From positions 62,001 through 126,000 of the forward strand of contig JAUCBJ010001771.1 in assembly GCA_032718475.1 (NCBI GenBank): a stretch of 64,000 bases of DNA, written 5' to 3'. The notes under the pieces are model-generated. The model was not told the origin of the DNA, ran no database searches, and saw only the letters and a program-made list of their open reading frames with translations. Made by a program: the position numbers and the translations under genes. Below are positions 1 through 11,003 of the stretch, in pieces; the stretch's first letter is position 1; each line of letters opens with the position of its first letter. This DNA comes from Nemertoderma westbladi. Taxonomy: Eukaryota > Animalia > Xenacoelomorpha.

Positions 1-1
1 T

Positions 2-1438
2 GTGGACCGGTTCAACGTCATGGTTATCCACCAGAACCGCGCGGTACACGGCGCCAAGAACCACATCCCGGAGTCGTTCCTGGGCAGCTTCCTGGACCTC
101 GTGGTCTGGGGTCACGAACACGAGAGTCGTCTATCCCCGGAGTTCGTGGACAGTAAATCATTCTACGTGATGCAACCGGGATCTACAGTGTCCACCAGTC
201 TATCCCTCGGGGAGGCTGGACCTAAACACTGCTTCGTGTTGGAAATCCGGGGGAATCAGTTCAAATCCACCCAGATTCCTTTGAAGACGGTCAGACAGTT
301 CTACATTCGTGATTATGCGCTTAAAGACTCCAATATCGACGTGAGAGACCCCGAGGTCGATTTATTAGTCCAGGAATACTGCGAGGAGTTAGTGGAATCT
401 TTATTAGATAAAGCTAGAAGGGAGCATTCGGGCGACCCCTTGCAGCCCAAAGAGCCGCTGGTTCGTCTGCGGGTAGACCACAGCGGGGGCTATCAGACCT
501 TCTCCGTGAATCGATTCGCACAGAAGTTTATTTCCAAGGTGGCGAACCCCCGGGATATCATCCAGTTCTCGAGAAAGAAACCCCCCGGGGATAAGGAGGC
601 GGAGGGCCGGAGTCTGGCTGCGTTGGGCCAGCTGGAGACGTTGGCGAGACCCGCGCTGTTGGGCGGAGTCACCATGGAGACCGTGTTGCAGAGGTTCTTT
701 AAGGAGACGGATCGGGATAATCAGATGAGTTTACTGACGGGGCGAGGGATGGCGAACGCGGTTGATGAATTCGTTAATAAGGAAGAGGCGGATGTCGTTA
801 TGGAGATGGTCAAACATCAAAGAAAGAAAACTAGGGCGTATCTGATTGAAAGTCAAGTGACTAGAGAGGGAAATATTAGGGAGCAGATTGGGAAGTATAA
901 GGATGAGAGAGCGGCCCGGATGACAAGGGAAGAGGAGGCGAGAGAGACGATGGAGGTAGTGGATAGGGCGAGGAGAGGGGCCAATGTTAGCGAGGATGTG
1001 TTGATAGATGATGACGAAATGGATGTTGGTAGGGGGGACGGGGAATGCCCCCCTAGACCGGCTACTGGGAAGGGGTCCCGCGGAGGTAGGGGGTCCAGGG
1101 GTGGGCGGGGGGCCCGCGGGCGCGGGAAGAAGGACTTGGGTACTCAGAGGACTTTAGACGATACTTTTGGAGCTGCCAATGATGCCGCTAGGGGGCGGGG
1201 GGCTACCAACGGTCGCTCCTCTAGGAGAGGAGCGGGCAGTTCCACAGCCGCCGCTAGGGGGCGTGGTTCGCGCGCCAACCCTCTCTCTATAGAAAACGAT
1301 TCAGACAACGATGAGGGATTTATATCTCGGTCGTCGCGTAATACATCTAGGGTCTCGAGCGCCACATCGAAGCGGCCTCGATACCAATACTCGAGCGGGA
1401 GTGATTCGGAAAACGAAAATCTATTCCGAAGGCAATAA
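2..1438 (+). CDS. MRE11: Double-strand break repair nuclease MRE11, C-terminal part (5' end outside window)
   Basis: Translation has the MRE11 phosphoesterase motifs IHQNR, LDLVVWGHEHE and QPGSTVSTSLSLGEA, capping-domain IPLKTVRQF, PLVRLRVD, RFAQKF..KVANP, and a Gly/Arg-rich GAR region; uninterrupted 478-codon frame; the stop TAA overlaps AATAAA at 1434-1439. Confidence 0.96.
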   Translation: MDRFNVMVIHQNRAVHGAKNHIPESFLGSFLDLVVWGHEHESRLSPEFVDSKSFYVMQPGSTVSTSLSLGEAGPKHCFVLEIRGNQFKSTQIPLKTVRQFYIRDYALKDSNIDVRDPEVDLLVQEYCEELVESLLDKARREHSGDPLQPKEPLVRLRVDHSGGYQTFSVNRFAQKFISKVANPRDIIQFSRKKPPGDKEAEGRSLAALGQLETLARPALLGGVTMETVLQRFFKETDRDNQMSLLTGRGMANAVDEFVNKEEADVVMEMVKHQRKKTRAYLIESQVTREGNIREQIGKYKDERAARMTREEEARETMEVVDRARRGANVSEDVLIDDDEMDVGRGDGECPPRPATGKGSRGGRGSRGGRGARGRGKKDLGTQRTLDDTFGAANDAARGRGATNGRSSRRGAGSSTAAARGRGSRANPLSIENDSDNDEGFISRSSRNTSRVSSATSKRPRYQYSSGSDSENENLFRRQ

Positions 1439-1751
1439 AATAAAATAATATTCTACATCGCTTAGTCATATTAATTCATTATCGACATTATTGGTCACAT
1501 TTATATAATTATATCGTGATATTTCTTTAATATCGACTTTTTTTAATTGTGCTAAATCAAATTACAAAATTGCATCTGCTTGTTTTACATTGTATTAATA
1601 TTACTACTACTCTGCCCCCCCCCCCCCCCTCCCCCCACTGTGACCGTATTCTAGCATGCAATAAATATAATATCGAACCTGTCTTTAAACTGGGTGGGTT
1701 TAGACTAGACCTGAGGCCTGCAAAAACACGGGGATAAATATATGTGTGTAT

Positions 1752-2100
1752 GCGGGGCGAGCCACGAAAGTAAGCGAGCTTAGTATAAGGGTACCACTAC
1801 TAACTCAATCGGTGTGTCTGTTGATCTATTGTGTCCAATTTTAAACGTTAATACCTCACCAATCCACGATGAAATCTAACTAAAGTTAGTGTTTGTTACT
1901 TAAGTTAGTGTTGTTTGGCAAAAGTTTAGAAATATTTTGCGTGTGGCCTTCAAGAAGCTAAGATAAGAAGCTGTAATGTAGCAGTGTAGTGTAAGGAGCC
2001 AGACTAACAAGACAGCTTGCTTATTGTTTATCTCGCAAAATGATTGCCGAGTATTTAATCGTGATTCTCTAGAATAATTAGCTAAATAATTTCGTTGAGG
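1752..2100 (+). mobile_element. Degenerate Helentron-like non-autonomous element, 5' part
   Basis: Head GCGGGGCGAGCCACGAAAGT...GAGCTTAG is nearly the same as the head of the element at 37141 (GTGGGGCGAGCCACGAAGT...GAGCCTTAG); right boundary not defined. Confidence 0.35.
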
Positions 2101-2198
2101 CGTTGACATGATAAATTAATATTTCACTATATCAATACAATCGGTATAAGGTAATTTTAAATATTTCTTACAAATTGGGTTGCCTCCACGCCTAAAAT

Positions 2199-2396
2199 CA
2201 AGGACTTCTAGAACATAGTATATATTCTATATATACTATATATATATAGACATAGAACTATATATATAGAACTATATATATATATAGTTCTATATATATA
2301 ATATAGAACTATATATATATATTCTATATATACTATATATATATAGACATAGACTATATTATACATAGAATATATACTATGTTCTAGAAGTCCTTG
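2199..2396. mobile_element. P-element-like MITE
   Basis: About 32-bp TIRs CAAGGACTTCTAGAACATAGTATATATTCTAT / reverse complement, (TA)n-rich interior, 7-bp TSD CTAAAAT at 2192-2198 and 2397-2403; the CAAGG terminus is shared with the THAP element at 23830. Confidence 0.8.
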
Positions 2397-3118
2397 CTAA
2401 AATATATTACTTTTAAAACACAAATTTTGATGGCAATCCTGTGTGTGCCTTTGGGTTGTGCTGCAGATTAAGAGAGGAGTTGAAGGGGAAGAACTTTCCC
2501 CTCTTCTTTGATTTATTGGCGTTTTGGTTAAATTTCTTCAATACCGATTTTGTGATAGAATTGCTCAATTTTAATCTGTATCTCATAACTGAGACATTTC
2601 CCAATATTATCTCGCCCTTTATTAACCTCGCTGACGCTCAGTAAATAAATTGCCTCGAGAGTAGTGATAAAAAGTTCTACTTTTTTTCCCATGTAATAAA
2701 TAATTATTTTGTCAAAATAATGGGGGTGGTATAAATTACACTTGTTTCACATCATATAAAGGGGGTCCGGATTTAGCACAATTACGTTGCCCCGGGCCCG
2801 CTTTTTTCTCTCGACGGTCCTGTTCAAATGTTGCATGGTTTTATATCTGCGCGAGGCTATTTTATTATATTTATTTTATTTTTAAAACAAAGGACGCCCC
2901 AAACTAAACGGGATAAAAGCTTTTATTTCTTTTAAAATTGTTAAAATTTAGTTAATATAAAAATACTGGCAGAACTATAATTATTAAATAAAATTTTTGC
3001 GACGAATAAACAGATAGTGGTTTTGTTGGTTAGCGAAGCTAGGTCTGCTATGGAGGGGCATGAAGCGCAGTTGACTATTTAGCATATTTATGTTGACATA
3101 TGTAACAAAATTACATAC

Positions 3119-3235
3119 ATCATTGCGTTAAAGACCCTTGTTTATTTATGTAAACCTCCCTCGCTGCGCTCGCTCGGTACATAAATAAACTCGGGTCTTA
3201 AACGCTGCAAAGTGCTACTTTGCACACAATGATGT
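3119..3235. repeat. Imperfect palindrome, probably a MITE core
   Basis: AAGACCC.TGTTTATTTATGTA pairs with TACATAAATAAAC.CGGGTCTT around CTCGCTGCGCTCG; the same central motif recurs near 46830. Confidence 0.45.
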
Positions 3236-3870
3236 AAATTAGTTATTAATTCATCGCTCACTATAATCATACAGTACAGTACTTGTTTCGACATGATACT
3301 TTCATTTTCACATTTTTAAGATAAAACTGTTCGCGCTTTCAGACCTTTAGCAGTTTAACCTGCCAAATTTAGGTGTCTTCTAGGTTATAAATCGACTTTA
3401 GCCTATGACGAGTATTGGATACACTACATTAGCCGAAGCCAGCCTATGCGCGACCATTCACCCGCTGGATATACCCGGGAGACTGGATTCGGATGCTCTG
3501 ACCTTATTGCGGTGTAGGCCTACTGTATTATTCGATTGATCGTTAATATATAATCTCTGACAAATATTATTCACTTTCGGGAAATATTAACAGTTCCTTT
3601 AGGACGTGGCGCTCTAAGTATGTAAACAGAGTTATGACTTACACTAAACACAACGGGATGGCTATTGATTCACGTATAAAGCGCATTCTTTAGGAGATGC
3701 TTTGTTATCTATCACACTCATGCACACTACCGCACAATGCTGCACACCGATCTGCCGACCTTCACTAATTTTAGTCACATATAAAGAGAACAGCCACTGA
3801 CACATGTAGTGCCTATGAAATAGCATTAGATTCACTCCAAACCAATATAATGTAAGTCGCAATTGCTATA

Positions 3871-4488
3871 TGTAACCGGTCTCTTACCTTCAGTATATCA
3901 AGAAGATTGGGGTTTTATGATTATTTATCGATATTATCCAAATATAACAATATTCCATTAACTGATATAATTAATAACCGACAGTAAATAGCAGTAAAAT
4001 AATGCGGTGAAAGGTACGTATAGTTATGATATGATAAGTGTTAGATAGAATAACAGTTATACGTTTCTATGATCAAAGCCGTTCTAATGTTTGGCTAAAG
4101 TCTGAAACACAGAATAATTCCACAGCCGGTGTTCTAGGCTTAGGAAAATACACACTGACTGAATTGCGTGAGTTTCTATATGCACTGTCCAACACAAAGA
4201 AAATCGCTCTGATTGGTCGAGTGAGCCGAACAAAGAACAAAGAAAAAGTTACACGTGGACATATCAGCTGATAGATGTTGTCATCGGAACTACACTGTAT
4301 CAAGAGTATTTTGGCGTATTGCGACATAAAATCGCTAGTTATGTCCGCTAAAGTACACATACAGAAGAAATGGCTTTTTATGTCCACTAAAACACCTGTA
4401 CAGTAAGGAAACGGCTTTTTATGTCCGCTAAAACACCTACAGAGTACTTTGGGGAAAATAACTAGCTAGATCCGCAAAAGCCTTTACA
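3871..4488 (-). repeat. Putative 3' LTR of the BEL/Pao element
   Basis: On the minus strand it begins TGTAA directly after a purine tract TGGGAGCGG (4489-4497) and ends TTACA; it contains CCAATC (~4211-4216), a TATA-like CATATAGAA (~4174-4182) and Inr-like TCAGTC (~4158-4163) in promoter order. No second copy was found, so the boundaries are inferred. Confidence 0.55.
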
Positions 4489-4514
4489 CCGCTCCCAGAA
4501 AATGGGATTTAATT

Positions 4515-6124
4515 CTATAAAATATAAAAAATCACAGTTTCTAAAATATAAAAATACTCTAAACAGTTAGTTTTTCTTGCGCGGACGGCTTTTACGCAGT
4601 TTTTTGAGGCTAGCAGAGTCTTTTTCTCTTTGGGGCGAGCCACTTTACTAGGAGGGCTATAACCCTTGGGTGAAGGGTGCAATACAATTGCATCAGAAGG
4701 TTTAGGGTTACGGTCGGTGTATCCGCCGGTCGAGGTACCCGGTTGATCGGTATCAACCTCAGTGGAATGAGGTCGAACAACGTTGAGAGCGCGTTGTGAG
4801 ACAGCAGCTCTTACTGGTCCCTGACGGGTCGTCTGAACGATAGCGGTAGGTGGACCGTGTATAGTGAGAAATTTCCTCGGTTTGATGATTCTTTCCAACT
4901 CGCGTTCTCGGGCTCTATCAGAATCGATATGCTTCTCCTCGAGCTGATTTTCCTCCGCTTGTCGTTGAAAACATTTGTCCAAACTCTTGCAGAAAGTAGA
5001 GCCGTCCAAGTTCGATATCTTCTTAGAGATTTTGGATTTCCTGATCGAACTGAGATAAAGCTAATTCGTTTACCGCTTGGACTTGCTGCTGCAATTTACG
5101 TTTCTCTAAAACAATTGTAGGTTCCTTTTCCGATCTTTTGACGAATAGTGACCAACACGTTTCGTACAACTCTCTCCTCCACCTCAGTGACAGGTTGTAT
5201 CGGGTTAAACCGGGACGATGATACGGTTGAATGGCGATATTAGATGTCCGTGTCCCAATCCGGCTAGGTAAGATGGGCGAATATCTAGGGAGCCCACAAC
5301 CGGAGTGCCACCGACTAACCGTTCGGGTAACACTAGATCTTTGAACAGTGAGTACAGTTCGGAAGGATCCGTGATACTATTAGGATCAAGAGTCTGAGGT
5401 CTAACTAGGGAATGAGGAGGTCTGACCGAGTATTCCGGAACTCTGATCATAGGTTTATTTAAGGATCGTTTGAATCGAACGAGCGTAGGTGATACATCAA
5501 ACAAGTTTCGCTCGAAACTCCCGTAAATATAGCGAGTAAAACCGTGTTTAAAGCAACGTCTCCGCGGATGTTTATGTCTTTCCGTTTGTTGGTTGGGTCT
5601 TGGGCATTCATCACAATAATACCAAAGACGCACGTCTTGTAGGGGAAACGCGGGTGATATTTATTCGGTTTTACAATGTTTCTTGGTTCTCTCAAGAATT
5701 CCAAATATACGTTGGAGTTACCGCGTTTATCCGGTTCTTTAAAGTCTTCTCTTTCAAGTCGATTTCGAATAGAATTTTCGTATTCGATTTTCAGTTTATC
5801 GTTCCGACTCCGCTGGGTAGGATATTTAAATAGTACCATTTCCCTTTCGGTGTCGACATAGTCCGTATCGTGTAAATCGATAGGATGGCCAGTAGTTAAG
5901 AAGTCCATATACGTACCATTACGATGCGTATAGCGAGCGGTGAATTTTCTATAGTCCAATTCACGCGTAAGTTGCTCCTGGGACATCGGCGGTTCGATAT
6001 AACGACCATCGTCCTCCGTAGTAGTTGGACTAGCGTCGCCGCGTATCAAGCTATCAACAAACGCTTGTAAAGGTAGAGTATATCGCTCCCTGATACCAAG
6101 ATCATCTTCTATCAACTCAGTCAT
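4515..6124 (-). pseudogene. Accessory ORF of unknown function in the env position of the BEL element, broken into three frames
   Basis: Consecutive minus-strand ORFs 6124-5459, 5633-5205 and 5009-4515 with coding-like composition; contains YYCDECP...RRCFKHG; ends about 20 bp before the PPT. Confidence 0.55.
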
Positions 6125-7828
6125 ATCTGCTATATGAGTTTATCAATATTATAATAAGTTTATAATTAGGCTAGCGGGCGTCGCTGCCTACCCCTCTCTG
6201 CCCCCGGACAGCGCAAGATCCTCAGCGCTGATGCACTGCCGCCGCTGTGCTTATCGCCAACATAGTAGCTGCACAACGACAACAACAACTAGCGCGAGTC
6301 ACCCCACTGTCCGTCCCAAGGGCTAAGATTTACTTCAGGTTCTTACTGCAGAGTTAGGGCTACTTTCACAATTGCGACTCGCTACTGTAAACACACTTTA
6401 GTAGTAACATTCACCTATAAACGCACAAATTCCACACAACTGTCACAAACCGCACACATTCGGGCCATTTGTCCGTTAGTCAAGTGCCTTCCAGAATGCC
6501 ACGTTATTATTGGGTATCCTTGGATACTAGCAGTGTGCTATTTATTCCTTATGCTATTCAATGGGGCAAGCCTTTATTGTTCTTTTAACTCACTTCTAAT
6601 TCTAGCTGTGGTTGTTGCCATGGTGACATTATGGAAAGCTAGCAGTAGAATTAGGGTAATTCTCATGCATACAGATCTGGGATGCTATTTAATAGTAATT
6701 CTTTAATTGTCAATATTCCTCTTTATACATGATTTTATGAATTTTATCGGCTATTGACTATATATTGGAGATTCTCGCACACTAATACACTTAATAGGGT
6801 GAATCTCCGCTCCCATGATCTATTAATTAATGGAATTTTGGGAATGTTATAAATTGTATAAAAATGACAATTTATCAAATTCATTAAAAGAATGAATTTA
6901 AATTTATTCCCGTAAATTTTATTATTTAATATTAAATAGACACAATTTTATTCCAGAGCATGTCTGGGGACTAGGATCCTGAATTCTAGGAAATTTGTCC
7001 TTTTAAGAGTATCGGTAAGTGCTACGATATCTTAATAGACTAGAATTTTAAAGGATCTAAAATTTTACAGATTTTAATTTATAGATTTTCTAGAGTTAAC
7101 TTGTAAGTAGTTACTCTATTGTATTTATTTGACAGATTTTATAAATATTAATAGTTAATATTTAAGATGGGCACCGGTTTATTCCAGAACTTGTCTGGGG
7201 ACGTTAACCACTGATTCTAGAATTTTGTCTTTCAAGTATATCGGTGGGTGCCGCGATATCTTAATCGACTAGAATTACAGATGGTCAAAGGGTTTAACAG
7301 ATTTATTTTGCGTTTTACGCTACTGTTAAAGGGACATCACGCTACTATATGTATTATTTAATATACGGTATGAGAGCAATATCGCAAGAAGCAATGTCAG
7401 TGAGAAGAGGCAAGTCGTTTCCAAGGTCTACCCAGAGCTTGGTTTAGCCGAGACACGAGGATCTGAACTTTGCATTCCTAATACTCTACTTACCAATAAT
7501 ACTTGAATATAGTAGGAGCTTTATTGTACTTTAATAAGTACGGACATTTCATCTTACTGTAGTCACGTATTTATAATGTAATACGGACAGTAAGGAAAGA
7601 GAAAAAGAATTATTTCTCGCCGTCGCACTAAATATATAATATATAAGTAATAAGTAATAAACACTAATATATATTGCACTAATCTACTAAATAATCGCTA
7701 AAATAACATTCTACTAAATAAAATTAAAGAAAACGATTATAATAAAATTACATAATAATACATACATAAATATAAAATAATAAAAACAAATATAAAATAA
7801 TATAGTCACACACCCACTCCAGACGCTG

Positions 7829-9463
7829 TTACGTTGGGGAGTCCCTAGATGTTTGTTGGATTAGGGAGGTGGTCGTGGGAAGAGTATCTTGCCTTCCATA
7901 GTTTCCGGACAGTTCTCGGTCTCTTTCCAGTAAACATAAACGACCAACTGGGCGATTGAGTTGTTGTGTTTCGAATACAATTCCAGGTTTCCTCTTCGTC
8001 CTGGAATAGTGACGATAGAAACATCGCTTCAAATACACGACGGCCTTACAAAGCCGATTCCAGGAGCTATAGTGGTCCATCGCTCCCGGCAGGAGAGGTG
8101 AGAGTCCCTGCGAGACGTCTGGTGTTCCAGATCTCCAGTCTCTCTCTCTGATCTCCACAACAGATCTGTTCGCGGTGGGGGAGTTTAGATCCACAGCGTC
8201 GTCCCTGGCAATGTGTAGTACAGACAGATCTATCACGGGTTTAAATAACCTTGATTTACTCGTCCGGGTTTTAGGTTTGACTTTCTCCGCTCCCTTGGCT
8301 TGTCTAATCTCAGCCGTGGTAAGATGGGGAGGCCATTCATCTTCTTTACTTAGGAAGTCGGGTCCACCTAACCAGTCTGGAGTATCTGTCAGTTCTTGAG
8401 GAGTTGCTCCTCTGGAAGCGATGTCGGCTAGATTAATCGTCTCGGGGCAATGTCTCCATTGATCTACAATAGAGTTAATATCGTCATTATCTGAGGAGTA
8501 TGGTGTTCCCTCAGTTGTGGTCGTCTCTTCCTCACTGATGTCTTCTTCCCATTCACTCTCCTGATGGTCCTGATCTTTGGGTAGCCTTTCTAGGAGTGTC
8601 CTACGGGAAGGTCCAGTGAGGTACCAACCTACTCTTGTTCTTCCCGCATAGGTTTGCAATGGTTGCGGTCGAGTAGGCCGTTTCTCTAATGTCTCAAGCG
8701 CCTCATGCGCATTTTGGCCGATGAGTATTTGCACTCCAGGGTAGTCTGTGTTGAATCTAGGTATCTTATGCTGCTGGGTGAAATCGTTCTCATCCCAGTT
8801 ATAAGGTTCCACTTGGCTGGTAGCGAAGTTCTTTATCGCCACCATTTTTACTAACCTTATACTGTGTTCTCCTAGTTCATCCTGGGGGGTGGACAACGCG
8901 CCTACATAGTAGTCTGTAGCTACTGCAGATTTCCAAACCTGCATAATTCCTGAAAGGTTCAACTTAGTTCGGAACTTGGGTTGTCCAGCAAAGATGTCTT
9001 CGGCTAGTTCTTTGTCGATGAATGTTCCTGTGCTGCCGGAGTCAAGGAGGGCGTTCACTATATAGCTCTTTTTTAATCCGTGGACTCTCAACTGCACTAC
9101 TGGAAATTCTCGGATTCCTACATTGGAAGTTGGTGCTTTCCAAGATGGTTGTCGGTCAGAAGTAGTTAGGGGGAGCTCGCTATCGGTGTCCTTTTCATAC
9201 GTAAGTGCTCGATACACTGCGGTATTTATCAGGTAACAGGATTCGTTTTCATCGGAGAATTCGTCCGTATAGAATCCTTCCATCTCAGAACTTTGGTCAG
9301 TGTCGTTCACATCACTGAATTGGACATGCAGTTCGGAATCACTTACCTGACTCGGGCTGTTTCGTTCGAATTCAGTATGCAACAAGAGATGATTTTTGCG
9401 CCGCACTTCGCACACCTTGCGTCTGAGTAACAGGTTCGCTGTTGGTGTCCTCGTCTGAGGCAA
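7829..9463 (-). pseudogene. BEL/Pao pol remnant: aspartic protease joined to the RNase H C-terminal motif; RT and integrase absent
   Basis: PVVQLRV...VNALLDSGSTGTFI protease, VQILIGQN and TRVGWYLTGP typical of Pao proteases, followed directly by QWRHCPETINLADIASRG...WLGGPDFL (BEL/Pao RNase H end) and YSSWNRL; no YxDD. Confidence 0.88.
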
Positions 9464-9651
9464 TTATAACATAACCGCTTATCCCACATGACTTCACGTC
9501 TATCTTTTAGTGACTTCCTTAGGAATTCATCACACACACTTAAACGGTGGGGCCCGTCGCACAGCGCACATTTCGGTTTGATGTTACTTCGCTTACGTCC
9601 TTCTGGGCTCCTCCCCGAGGCGCACCCTCGAGGCGGACGCTTTTCCACCAC
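9343..9651 (-). pseudogene. BEL/Pao Gag C-terminal zinc knuckles
   Basis: CALCDGPHRLSVC, CYNCLRRGHQQRTC and CAKC.. form the triple Cys-His array of BEL/Pao Gag; frameshift in the third knuckle. Confidence 0.88.
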
Positions 9652-11003
9652 CCTTGGGGCCAGTCCGACTCCATTTTTATCAGACTGGGCCGGAGGGTAG
9701 CCCGATGCTTCCCGGGTTCACTTTTCAATCCCCCGATCACACTGCCACAGCTCGTCAGTGTAGCCAGATGGTCGGCTACTGTCAACTTACTGTGGCCTGA
9801 CTGTACATTGAGCCAACTCAGAGAGTCAACCGGCGGGTGGACCAGTCGATAGCGATCGAGCATCAAGGTCGCCCTTGAGCCAAACCGACGGTCTTGTCCC
9901 AAGTGGGCTTGTGCTACCCAACATGGAATTTTGACACGTTTTCACCCGCCTCGCTGGCAGTATTGAGGGGAAGTCGGTTCCGCAAACAATACTGACTAGC
10001 TCGAAAGCTAGGAACAAGTAACCACTTACCAGTCACTGAACACGTGTACTCAATAGATGCTCACGAAATCAAGTACACAACGGTAAACACAAATCTGACG
10101 CATACCATGCACACACAGAGGACATAATCGGGAAAGACAAATCGGTGACAAAATCAGAGGGGACAAAATTGTATCGACTGATAAAAGAGTCGAGAGTACC
10201 TTATTTTGCCGTCAGGGCAAAATAACTTTGTGTGCACAAAATATGCTGGGGCGCAGTAAAGATATGGTCCTACTAATAACCGGCGGCGACTGAACCAACC
10301 GGCAAGGTTTCCCACACTCACTCGCAGTGGCCATACACACACTCACGTATACCACGTACCCACAGCAACAGAAAGCTTAAGCAAACTGCCACTGATCGTC
10401 CACACACAAACCACAGATTCCAGAGTATCATTCACTCGTACCACACTACAACACCAACCCCTCCTTGCAGCCGATATTCCGGGTGCCACCTCCATTCCAA
10501 TAGTAGTACCAACAGAATCATCAGAAACCTGCCCATTCCGATGCAACACCTCCATTCCAATAGTGCTACCCTGGGAAAAGACACGTTTTGGCAACCGATC
10601 GGAGACAGTAAAGAGTCTGGTCATCTCATACATACCAAACATAGACCTACCACATAGACCACATAAACCGCAGATCACACCATGCCAGTACGGCAACAGG
10701 CCGACTAGACGGTACCACGGCACCATGGCAATTCATGGTTCGTTAGACACGAGGGCCTTCAGTATCTCCCTTGCACTATACAAAGGATTTAACGTGCCCC
10801 TAGACCCTCACGAGTCCGCCGCCGCCTGTTTAAGGCACCCCTATAGAGACCTCACCTCTTTGGGTACCTTACTTTGAGTAACGTTGTGAACACTCGTTCT
10901 TTCTTCGGGCTTTCTTACATGAATTCTCTTAAGAGACGTAGGAGGAGTTTTTCTTACCTGTTCTCTCCTGTCATTGGTTCGAGACTTGAATTTACTTATG
11001 TCC

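Noticed and set aside
1184-1263. CTCF-like GCCGCTAGGGGGCG twice in MRE11
   Set aside because: Explained by the repeated AARGRG codons of the GAR region; no independent support.
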